Shown piece after piece: positions 57,001 through 64,000 of a stretch of 64,000 bases of DNA; position 1 is the stretch's first letter, and each line of letters starts with the position of its first letter. Origin of the DNA: a virus (taxonomy: Duplodnaviria > Caudoviricetes); IMG/VR virus record IMGVR_UViG_3300037067_026010, positions 1-64,000 of that record. One strand, 5' to 3'. The position numbers and the translations under genes are program-made. Under the pieces are notes generated by a model. That model was not told the origin of the DNA, searched no databases, and saw only the letters and a list, made by a program, of their open reading frames with translations.

Positions 57001-57041
57001 GCTTCGTTGACGAGCAGTTGTCCGACGGTGGTTTTGAGCAT
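54006..57041 (-). CDS. rpoC: DNA-directed RNA polymerase beta' subunit, C-terminal part (intein-containing)
   Basis: TTVGQLLVN; VASGARSK; PVPVTRSYSQGLSPVEYFAGAYGARKG...TAKAGFLGKQLV (bridge helix); IGVAAAHALSAPITQ...KHTGG (trigger loop); HRRNIELLAR. Confidence 0.9.
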   Translation of the reverse strand: MLKTTVGQLLVNEALPEDMRDYDRVLDGKMQKKLLQVVAEKHPDKYREVSKKLSDVGRDAAYSTGGYSFGLKHLQSTLAAKQMQLELRSEIQRILSDPKLSESERNDRVIHAAGMAKNKMLPRLLKELAETDNPLWRQVASGARSKQGEQFLSSLVGADLLYTDHRGNVLPVPVTRSYSQGLSPVEYFAGAYGARKGILDLKASTAKAGFLGKQLVAANHRLLVSALDDDRPYDEAMPRGMPIATDDPDNAGALLAHAVGGYNRNTELTPKILRDLKNKGVDEILVRSTTVGGPSDGGVYARDAGRRERGGIPPTGDFIGVAAAHALSAPITQAQICLAQGTLVRMADWTTKAIERVRPGDWILGADETGRTFPVQVLRCFDNGLRSCYRTFFRYPFRRDHSGVTLVSTVEHKILGIRYTSNCKADVFNGVPMQYPVGLRTRRLRAVLPIAFDDDARYVDEPMALLVGLVLGDGCYTDAANGVNFSCYDPSLIEDLKAELSPLNLKLTRLAGHTGYYRVSQLVQASAPRDSQGRIKEGYLNPIRRWLHDHEMLGKYAHEKELPAAIDSWNNRSIAALLGGLMVTDGSVFTPDCYADRAKPYLGFASTSLAMARKVRELLAWRFGVYATGPYHNNSGRKRTLYQIDITHEDGIRRCAAAIPLYGVKQRVLAEKLANWQVIRPHAYYKLLREEMAPVGLQQTYDLEVDHASHLFVLANGLIVSNSSKHTGGVAGAAEAGAIAGFKGIDALIQVPKHFPGGATHAQKDGRINHIREAPAGGSYVTIEGEDHYVPADRKLQVKVGDYAEAGDILSGGTPNPAEIVKHKGIGEGRRYFVDAFRKMLADSGVSAHRRNIELLARGLINHVRLAEEYGHWAPDDVVPYQTLEREWMPRPGHIIAPPKQAVGYYLERPVLQHTIGTKVQPSMLPAMERYGVTRIFAHRDPPPFAPEMIRGVANAAQDPDWMTRFLAGDQKKSLLKGVARGDVSDTSGTSYVPALAAGTEFGRTGATKGW
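54876..56033 (-). mobile_element. intein with LAGLIDADG endonuclease (386 aa) in the beta' trigger loop
   Basis: QAQI|CLAQGTLVRMAD...STVEHKI...LVGLVLGDG...LGGLMVTDG...TYDLEVD..HLFVLANGLIVSN|SSKHTGG. Confidence 0.92.
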
Positions 57042-57099
57042 GGTGCTATTTCCGGCTGTCGTACTGCAGCCGGTCGTACAAAACGGTAATTAAGCACCG

Positions 57100-57360
57100 C
57101 TATCCGATAAGCTGTGCCGTATCGAAGCGCACCTGGGCCAACGGCGTCTGCTCCGGCTGCGTGCAGATCACCGTTTGCGCGACGCCGAGCTGCCGAAGCA
57201 GTTTGTCGAAGTCCTTATCGCCGACCCGTGCGACGTAGTAACCCTGGGTATCCCACTCCATCGCCATAATCAGCGGATTTCGGTGTGTATCGTAGACGAC
57301 CACGCGCGTGCACGGAATGCGCTGCGGGGCCCCCAGGCCGTTATGTATTTCTGCGATCAT
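57100..57360 (-). CDS. hypothetical protein (86 aa) between RNAP genes
   Basis: AAGGA SD; co-oriented. Confidence 0.7.
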   Translation of the reverse strand: MIAEIHNGLGAPQRIPCTRVVVYDTHRNPLIMAMEWDTQGYYVARVGDKDFDKLLRQLGVAQTVICTQPEQTPLAQVRFDTAQLIG

Positions 57361-57373
57361 CGAAACGGTTTCC

Positions 57374-58096
57374 TTAACCTGCCGCCCTCGTACGGCTGCG
57401 CATTAACGCCGCCAAAGCCGCCGCCCCCGTCGTCGGCGACGGTATCTCGGCCTCCGTCCTATCGATGGGACGACCGACGTAGGCCACCTTTGCTGTGTCC
57501 TGCTGCGCCAACTCGGGGCTGGCCCCCTGCATCGGTTCGATCGCCTGGATGGCGCTTTGCCCTGCGCCTTGTCCCGGGCTTTGTCCCTGGCTCTGCCCCT
57601 GGCCTTGTGCCATCGGATCGTTTGGTCCGCCCGGCAGTGCGGATTCCACCGGCGGAGGCCCGAATTGCCCGGGCGGCATGACCAGGGCCTCCGGCGGCAT
57701 CTGAATTTGCAGTGAATTCATGATAGCCGTCAGCATTTGCTGCAGATTGTACATGCGGTAGTCGAGCTGCGTCATCATCTCTTCGGGCTTGCGCTTTACC
57801 GGAGCAGGAGCTGCGGCTTGTCCCGGCATTTGTCCCGGCATTTGTCCCGGCATTGGCGGAGGCATTCCCATCATAGCCGTCGGATCCATGCCCGGCATCG
57901 GAGCTGCCGGCGGCGGTGCGCCAGGCATTCCCGGAGCACCCCCCGCGCCTGCCATCGCTGCAGGGTCCTGTTGCATCGCCGCGGGGTCCTGCGGCATCGC
58001 CGCGCCGGCGCCCTCGGGCGGCTGAAAGGCCTCCTTGGTTTGTTGCTGCCAGACGCGTTCTCTGGCCAAAGCGAGCAGTATGGGGTTGACGCTCAT
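57374..58096 (-). CDS. Pro/Met/Gln/Gly-rich low-complexity protein (240 aa) between RNAP genes
   Basis: AGGAG SD; MPGQ x3 (12-bp tandem repeat), QGQGQSQGQ; central helix; KEA and KVA near the termini. Confidence 0.75.
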   Translation of the reverse strand: MSVNPILLALARERVWQQQTKEAFQPPEGAGAAMPQDPAAMQQDPAAMAGAGGAPGMPGAPPPAAPMPGMDPTAMMGMPPPMPGQMPGQMPGQAAAPAPVKRKPEEMMTQLDYRMYNLQQMLTAIMNSLQIQMPPEALVMPPGQFGPPPVESALPGGPNDPMAQGQGQSQGQSPGQGAGQSAIQAIEPMQGASPELAQQDTAKVAYVGRPIDRTEAEIPSPTTGAAALAALMRSRTRAAG

Positions 58097-58115
58097 GGTT
58101 TACTCCTGCGATTCG

Positions 58116-61100
58116 CTAATTGTGAACGACGACCTGGCGGTCTACGTTGATTTTTCCTTGACGATAAGCACGTACAGCGTCCGCTACTGTAGCAAAGTGT
58201 ACCGGTTTATTCTTTTTATCGATAGCCCCAGATGCCTCGTAAAGGCCTGCCGTGTATTCTTTACCGGGCGTTTGGTGCACCTGGAACGTCGACGGCGAGA
58301 AGAGATTGGAAGACGGCAGCATTTTCTCCAGGGCCTCCTGGGCCGCTTCGTCGGTGCCGGGTACGTGAAATTGCATCGTATTGCTTAGGAATACGCCGTC
58401 TACATCCATAAATGTTTCCGGTCCGGGCACGGTTAAATCGTATCCCGTCACGCATTGCTCGCCGACTTCGACGTTCGCGACCTGCTCCCATGTAATATCG
58501 GTGTTTCCAACGATATTTTGCCATAGCTCCCACTCTGGATGCATCGCAGCCTTGGTTACATCAACAAACTTGGTTATTCGTTCAGCGGATTGTCGTGTAA
58601 CGTAACCACTATGCCGCGCTCGCATAAATGCCATATAGATAGCTTCTTGCCCAGCCGGCCACTTTTTGTGATTTTTCGGCGTATACATAAGGCCTGTCAG
58701 CCACTTGGCTAATTCAAAGCTAACCGGAATAAGGTCATGGCGAACAGCGGCGGGCGTTGCCTCCACAACAATCGAACGCAGCTTCTGTAATTTGTCCGTA
58801 TGTACCATCACTGCACCGCCCCACTTCGCAATATCACCGTTGGCAAAAGATAATTGCCAAAAAGGCAGGCCTGCCGGCGTGTTGCTCGGCGTAATCCGGC
58901 CACGTATGCCTAAAGAAGCAGCCAACAGCCGCACTTCTTGCACAAGGCGCAGACTGCGACTGGAATAGCCTGACATCAGCTGCGGTTTTTTGCCCTTTGC
59001 CCTGGCTATTGAAATCGACCCATCCGTATCCATACAACCGGCGAATAATCCCATACGTGCCGCTCGCGGCGCTGCTAAGAACCAGCCCGGAAGATGCTTC
59101 GCCTCGGCAGTATGCCCGATCATAGGCGCCAATAGCCGCGCCAAGGTCACGCTATTGTAGGTGATCCGCTGGCTGTGACCATACGACGCGGTACTTATGA
59201 TATGTACGCCTTTTGGCCCGTCGCCTGCAAACAACGATGCAATAATCCGGGCAATTTTCTCCTGAACTTCACCGCTGATGCCTGCTAAACTGAAATCGCG
59301 GATAACTCCTCTCAAGCGTGTTGTCCACCCGTCGCCTACTGCACAACCGCACAAATAGCCAAAATCCTCGTCTAAGGCAATTTGTGGCTTGAGCCATAGC
59401 GGCTGTACCGTGTCTGGCAGCGGTGGCCGCACAATTTGCAATTCCGCGTGTTCCAGCGAAGCCAGATGGGCCGCGCGCGGCACCATAAATTTGCGGGACA
59501 GTGCGTCCTGCGGACGCGCTCGTGTAAGTGCCAGCGTGCCACAGGCTACACCATAAACCGCCCGAGGGTCGTCATCCGTGAAAATCTGGCGACCGGACTG
59601 TAACGTAACTGCGATCATCGGGCAATCGCGATGCACGGACCACACCGTCGGATGCCGCCAGACGGCTGCGCCAGTCACCGGGCAATGCGCCAGTACCTCC
59701 ACATCCTCCGGCACAGCGAACCAATCGATCGGACCATGTTGCCCGCGTGTTCGGTGCAGCAATTCGCCGTGTGGGAAATCTTGCAAATGCGTAAGAAATA
59801 CGTCGTAGCCGCGGCAATGCGGCAGCGCAACTTTAAAGCGTGCAGACATTTTGTGCTCCTGTAAAAATGTGGACGATTTCGTACTAGTCCGCATTATAAC
59901 ATCGAGCTTACTTTTTCTGCAACGCCAAAATACATGGGAAAATTGGCTATCGCCATCGAAGTCGGCGCTTAGACCACCGATAATCAACGGGCTAATCCTC
60001 AACACGTCCCCCTTTGCCAACTGCGGCTTTGCCGCCATCAGTCCAAAGCGGTGGAGCGTGGGTGCCCGGTTGATGATAACCGGCCGGCTTTCCATCTCTT
60101 CGAGGAGCGCCTTCCGAGCGGTCGGTGATCGATCTTCAACGAGGGCATTTGCCCGGAGCGTGGGGACGTTATTGCGCCGGAGATTGCGGATGACGAAGGG
60201 CTTATAGATTTCCCAGGCTTTGTCCTCGGGGAGACCCACCGTGTCCATATCCAGTTCAGGATCCGGCACAATAACCGCCCGGCCGACCAGGTCGACGCTT
60301 CCCCCGAGCAGCCTACGTTGCACCGACCCGAATTTTGGGGAGTGGCTAAAGACTTCGCGCAGGATGCCCCGGACATTGCGCTCTCGATTCTTGGGATGGA
60401 TGGGGTCGCCGAGGCCGACGACGCCCTTGAATGCGTTGTAGACATTTTGATGCTCCTCGCCGACGTTGTCGCCTAACTGCTCCTGTGCCTGTTTAAGCAA
60501 CTGCACGGAGTCGAACAATTCCTTATAAAGTAGATTTGCGTCATCCACCAAAGGCAGTTTCTTGGCACCGAGCGTGCTTACCGGCCGGAAGAACGGCGGA
60601 AGCACGGGAACCTTATCGAGCATCCATTCCCGCGGGTGAAGCTGCAGTTCCTGAGCACTTTTGAGATAGCCCAGCCGGCGCACCGCGATATCGCGCCGAG
60701 ACTTTTTGGCGCTGCGGATATCTTCGCGGCAACGCTCGATTTCCTTATCCACATTGATGTTGGCGAGCGCCGTGCCGATCGCTTGCGGCCCGGTCGTGCC
60801 GTTCAGTTGCAGCTTGTTCCCGATAATGTCTTGAAACTGCTGCTCCGTAAGCCCCAGCATCCGTCGGATGGGATCCTCCATGGCCGGGTTTGGGACGGGG
60901 TAGGGTAACGCAATATAAGCCCAATTCCTGCCGCCGTGTCCCCCTGTAGTAGCAGGGTCGAAGAGTCCTCCCGGAACCGGGCTGAGATCTTTCCAGTCCA
61001 CGGTTTCCAGCGTCAAGCCGCCGCGGCCGTCCGGAGTTCCCTTGATCTCGCGGTCGCCGGCAAGCTGCTCGACGTCGCGAGAGGTCAGCGCCATGATCTG

Positions 61101-64000
61101 CGTACGTTCGTTCGTTCGCACCGGGTGAATGCCGGAGGCGCGCAATTGGTTGATGAATTTTTCGTAGGCGACCGGCACGCGCGGCGTCGCCGGCTTGTGC
61201 CCCTGCATGTATTGTGCCCAGTAATCGGGATTGGCCTGGCCGCGCAGCAATTTCATGTCGCGAAGCACTTGCGTGCTGCCGTACGAAAGAAGGGCGCCTG
61301 ATTCCAATAACCCAAGCCGTTTGGAATTTGCAACCAGCGCCTGTCCGGCTATGTAAGTATGCGTATCCGCCACGGTAATATCGTATACATTCACTTCCGT
61401 TATTCCTGCTTTGTCGTGACGGTAAGGCCGGATACTCGCAATGCGCATAGGCACCAGGCCTAAACGGCTTACGCTGTCAATAGGCCGGGGCAACAAGTTA
61501 TGCTGCGCGTCCGCCACAAATCGTCGCAGGAAGGGTTTGGAGCCAGGAATAGCTGCGGCAGGCACCCATTGGGCGACAATTTCCGCCAATTTTCGACAGG
61601 CGTCCGCAGAGAGGCAAATATTTTTATCCTGCCCTAATGTGCATGTCGTGGCGTAGCGGGTATTGAGCCAATCCAATAGCAACTGACACGAGACATTGTC
61701 AAAGCCCATCGTACAAAGCTTACCCGTCAGGTGTACTCGACCTTTCTTCTTTGCTCGATTGGTAATAGACCCGTCATCCAATACCCAGGCGGCAACGCTT
61801 AAATCCGATAGTTGCTGTAACCATTCGACTGTTACGCGCTTTATATGGTTATCATCATAACAGGTCCGCTGTAGTGTGGCACATACATGATCTTCGTTAA
61901 TCCACAACACCCGACTATGATGCCGTTTACGTTTACCGCGCCCGTCGCCATGCACCGAGTCACAACTGCCTGGGCAGAGACCTCCCAGAATTTTACGTTT
62001 CCATTGCAAATACGCGCTTTGTTTTATCGAATGTTCGCAGCTGACCGCGTTGTTGTCTACCGTAGCGTCCCCCAACATAGTCCCATACAAAAAGGCCCAT
62101 TGCTGTGCCGTAGGTAACAGGCCCCACGTGATCAGCTGATCGTTTTGCCGTAACTCGCTCACCGGAATACGCCCGCGGGTATACTCAAAAATTTCATGGT
62201 TCCGCGTGGCATACAGGCAAGATCGTGTTCTATTTACGCGTGAGGTCTTTTCGCAAGGTCCACCGATCGTTTCAATTGTCACGATGTCGTCGATGTTTGC
62301 CCGATAAATAAACCAATCAATTACCGGGCGGTAGACCCACTCCTGTAACTGCGGCGAAAAGGTACGGACTTGTACGCCCAGTTGTTTTTCACAAATAGCG
62401 GCAATATCCATGCTGCCGCGTATCGTGACAATCTGCTGTTTAGCCGTAAAACAGCCTGCAGCGCCACCTTTCGCCGGCGCCATGTCCATCGTGTAAGCGC
62501 CTAGTCCACGACCTTGCAGTTTGTGTTCGGCTTGATGGTGCAGTTTCATCATGAAGATGTTTCCGGCCAGCACGCCGCTGATCTTGCGATCGGTCGTCGG
62601 GTCGGTGATGTCTTCGAGATCGCTTATGCCGTGTTTGCGGCATTCTTCCAATGCCCACGCCGCCAGATCCTTTTGGTCGTCGAAGTCGGGAACCTTGTAC
62701 GGTTTCCCCGTTTTTTCGGCGATTTTACCGAGCGCAACTTCGATAACCTGCGCCGGATTGGTTCTCGACAATATGCTCAGGGGATCCATGAGCACCTCGA
62801 AGGGCCGGCCGTCGGCGCCGTGCGGCATTTCGCCGTCGGGAATGATGGCGGACACGACCATCTTATTGCCGTGCCGGCCCGCCAGCTTGTCCCCCACCTG
62901 CATCTGCGCCGTGCTCTTGACGATGACGTTGATTCCTTTGGGCGATACGTCCACGTCGGTCACCAAACCCGGATTATGGTGCTCCCACAATATAGATTCA
63001 TCAATGGGCGTCAGTTTGCGATGCACCTGCTTGGCAGTCGCAGCGCGTTTGCGCGCCACGAGGACCAGCGGCTCCCCTGGTTGCACTGTCGTCCCGGGTT
63101 TGATGACGCCGCGTTCGTCGAAATTCGCCAGGATCTTGCGATCGAATTTGCCGGGAAACATGCTCCGAAAATAGGACTTGTCGGTGCGGACCGTGCTGTC
63201 GTCCAGGTCGAGACCGTGCTGATACATATGCTCGGATACCAGCCGCTTCGCCGCGCTCTCGGAGATAACGGTAGCGTCCTCGTGGTTCAAACCGCGGAAA
63301 GGAATGTACGCCGCGCGCAGATTCCGCCCGATGGCCATCGTCCCCTGTGCATCCGTATAATTCGACTTGGCCAGGAGTTGACCTGGTTGTACGACATCTC
63401 CGGGGCGCACGGCCGGAGTCTGGTGCCAGTACGTTTTGCGATTTGACGGGAAGTGGTTGTACAGCTCGTGCGTTTCCGTGTTGCCGTCCGCACGGCGGAC
63501 CACAATGCCGTCCGGCGTGACGCTTTCCACCTTTCCCGGCTTGTCCGCGTACAAAGCCCCCATGTATCGCGAATACTCCTCTTCGTACGAGCGATCGGGC
63601 CGTTCCGGCATGGCATTCTGCACGAGTGGTGCCTCGGGATCGATCAATGGGAGCGCTTGGGCGATCATGCGTGAAGACATTATTGCCCTCTGGCCTTTTA
63701 CTAGACTCTTGAGGGGCACGAGGTTGCCCAGCGGGCTGAAGGCATGCTCCATGTACGGCAATTCAAATGCAACTTCCGCGCGCGGCACATTTTTGATTTT
63801 GCCGTTGACGACTGCAGCGACGTACGGGCTATTGCGCCGGAGTTCGTTCGGAAAAGCTACGGCTTGGCCTACCAGGTCCTGCGGGGTTTTATAGACGGTT
63901 CGGCCTTGCATGTCCTGCAATTGCGCGTAGAGCTTGCCGTTCGGGCCTTTCCTGGTATGCACCGCCATGCGCAAGTCGATTCCCGACTTGGTCGACTCCG
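58116..64000 (-). CDS. rpoBC: DNA-directed RNA polymerase beta / beta'(N-terminal half) fusion with two inteins; 5' end beyond the window
   Basis: Beta motifs: ESTKSGIDLR, RAIMSSRMIAQALPL, GRNLRAAY.PF.G.NHEDA.VISE, GDKLAGRHGNK.VV, SRTNPAQ, MMKLHH, KRLGLLE. Beta' motifs: GGLFDP, VPVLPP..RP, GRAVI, NRAPTLHR, ADFDGD|T, MLPS.NL. Frame is open to the window edge. Confidence 0.93.
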   Translation of the reverse strand, partial: ESTKSGIDLRMAVHTRKGPNGKLYAQLQDMQGRTVYKTPQDLVGQAVAFPNELRRNSPYVAAVVNGKIKNVPRAEVAFELPYMEHAFSPLGNLVPLKSLVKGQRAIMSSRMIAQALPLIDPEAPLVQNAMPERPDRSYEEEYSRYMGALYADKPGKVESVTPDGIVVRRADGNTETHELYNHFPSNRKTYWHQTPAVRPGDVVQPGQLLAKSNYTDAQGTMAIGRNLRAAYIPFRGLNHEDATVISESAAKRLVSEHMYQHGLDLDDSTVRTDKSYFRSMFPGKFDRKILANFDERGVIKPGTTVQPGEPLVLVARKRAATAKQVHRKLTPIDESILWEHHNPGLVTDVDVSPKGINVIVKSTAQMQVGDKLAGRHGNKMVVSAIIPDGEMPHGADGRPFEVLMDPLSILSRTNPAQVIEVALGKIAEKTGKPYKVPDFDDQKDLAAWALEECRKHGISDLEDITDPTTDRKISGVLAGNIFMMKLHHQAEHKLQGRGLGAYTMDMAPAKGGAAGCFTAKQQIVTIRGSMDIAAICEKQLGVQVRTFSPQLQEWVYRPVIDWFIYRANIDDIVTIETIGGPCEKTSRVNRTRSCLYATRNHEIFEYTRGRIPVSELRQNDQLITWGLLPTAQQWAFLYGTMLGDATVDNNAVSCEHSIKQSAYLQWKRKILGGLCPGSCDSVHGDGRGKRKRHHSRVLWINEDHVCATLQRTCYDDNHIKRVTVEWLQQLSDLSVAAWVLDDGSITNRAKKKGRVHLTGKLCTMGFDNVSCQLLLDWLNTRYATTCTLGQDKNICLSADACRKLAEIVAQWVPAAAIPGSKPFLRRFVADAQHNLLPRPIDSVSRLGLVPMRIASIRPYRHDKAGITEVNVYDITVADTHTYIAGQALVANSKRLGLLESGALLSYGSTQVLRDMKLLRGQANPDYWAQYMQGHKPATPRVPVAYEKFINQLRASGIHPVRTNERTQIMALTSRDVEQLAGDREIKGTPDGRGGLTLETVDWKDLSPVPGGLFDPATTGGHGGRNWAYIALPYPVPNPAMEDPIRRMLGLTEQQFQDIIGNKLQLNGTTGPQAIGTALANINVDKEIERCREDIRSAKKSRRDIAVRRLGYLKSAQELQLHPREWMLDKVPVLPPFFRPVSTLGAKKLPLVDDANLLYKELFDSVQLLKQAQEQLGDNVGEEHQNVYNAFKGVVGLGDPIHPKNRERNVRGILREVFSHSPKFGSVQRRLLGGSVDLVGRAVIVPDPELDMDTVGLPEDKAWEIYKPFVIRNLRRNNVPTLRANALVEDRSPTARKALLEEMESRPVIINRAPTLHRFGLMAAKPQLAKGDVLRISPLIIGGLSADFDGDSQFSHVFWRCRKSKLDVIMRTSTKSSTFLQEHKMSARFKVALPHCRGYDVFLTHLQDFPHGELLHRTRGQHGPIDWFAVPEDVEVLAHCPVTGAAVWRHPTVWSVHRDCPMIAVTLQSGRQIFTDDDPRAVYGVACGTLALTRARPQDALSRKFMVPRAAHLASLEHAELQIVRPPLPDTVQPLWLKPQIALDEDFGYLCGCAVGDGWTTRLRGVIRDFSLAGISGEVQEKIARIIASLFAGDGPKGVHIISTASYGHSQRITYNSVTLARLLAPMIGHTAEAKHLPGWFLAAPRAARMGLFAGCMDTDGSISIARAKGKKPQLMSGYSSRSLRLVQEVRLLAASLGIRGRITPSNTPAGLPFWQLSFANGDIAKWGGAVMVHTDKLQKLRSIVVEATPAAVRHDLIPVSFELAKWLTGLMYTPKNHKKWPAGQEAIYMAFMRARHSGYVTRQSAERITKFVDVTKAAMHPEWELWQNIVGNTDITWEQVANVEVGEQCVTGYDLTVPGPETFMDVDGVFLSNTMQFHVPGTDEAAQEALEKMLPSSNLFSPSTFQVHQTPGKEYTAGLYEASGAIDKKNKPVHFATVADAVRAYRQGKINVDRQVVVHN
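58380..59948 (-). mobile_element. intein with LAGLIDADG endonuclease (523 aa) directly after the catalytic DFDGD
   Basis: SADFDGD|SQFSH...GYLCGCAVGDG...FAGCMDTDGS...TGYDLTVPGPETFMDVDGVFLSN|TMQFHVP. Confidence 0.88.
59847..59922 (-). promoter_or_regulatory. sigma70-like promoter, SD and in-frame ATG inside the intein coding sequence
   Basis: TTGCAG(59917-22)-N18-TATAAT(59893-98) with a TG extension; AGGAG(59856-60)-6 nt-ATG(59847-49) in frame. Confidence 0.55.
61326..62453 (-). mobile_element. intein with LAGLIDADG endonuclease (376 aa) in the beta C-terminal conserved region
   Basis: AKGGAAG|CFTAKQQIVT...YATRNHEIF...LYGTMLGDA...AWVLDDGS...VYDITVADTHTYIAGQALVAN|SKRLG. Confidence 0.92.

Noticed and set aside
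347-63894. Numerous plus-strand ORFs, some over 300 aa (e.g. 16210-17157, 30934-32115, 38590-39549, 42197-43195, 62514-63446)
   Set aside because: They fully overlap well-supported minus-strand genes, lack motifs and SD sites, and are expected antisense shadows in GC-rich coding DNA
54006-64000. Interpretation as the host chromosomal rpoBC operon or a pseudogene
   Set aside because: No ribosomal-protein neighbours in the window, strong divergence, direct linkage to head genes, and intact frames with the catalytic aspartates
1-64000. Alternative genetic code; host assignment
   Set aside because: Long genes read intact under the standard code with all three stops used, and nothing in the window identifies the host reliably

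Overview
The window is an internal segment of a large contractile-tailed (myovirus-type, probably jumbo) phage genome. Essentially every credible gene is on the minus strand, and the plus-strand ORFs are antisense shadows. In transcription order (right to left) it holds: (i) a phage-encoded bacterial-type multisubunit RNA polymerase, with beta fused to the N-terminal half of beta' and the beta' C-terminal half as a separate gene, both zinc sites apparently lost, and three LAGLIDADG inteins in active-centre motifs; (ii) a head module (K-x-A-rich internal/core proteins, prohead protease, scaffold-like protein, decoration protein, major capsid protein); (iii) a terminator-bounded cassette of small membrane proteins; (iv) neck, tail completion, sheath, tube, spike, a tail chaperone with a -1 frameshift site, tape measure, hub, a sigma70-family sigma factor and baseplate wedge genes; (v) five tandem Cys-rich paralogues, a collagen-like fibre and two glycosyltransferases; (vi) a hairpin-dense non-coding region with two copies of a promoter-like motif TAAA-N16-GGCATATT (a third copy is at ~41 kb); (vii) small hypothetical genes and a truncated Ycf46-like AAA ATPase. 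No tRNA, rRNA, CRISPR array, integrase, terminase or portal was recognised. All calls come from motif reading by eye; no database searches were run.
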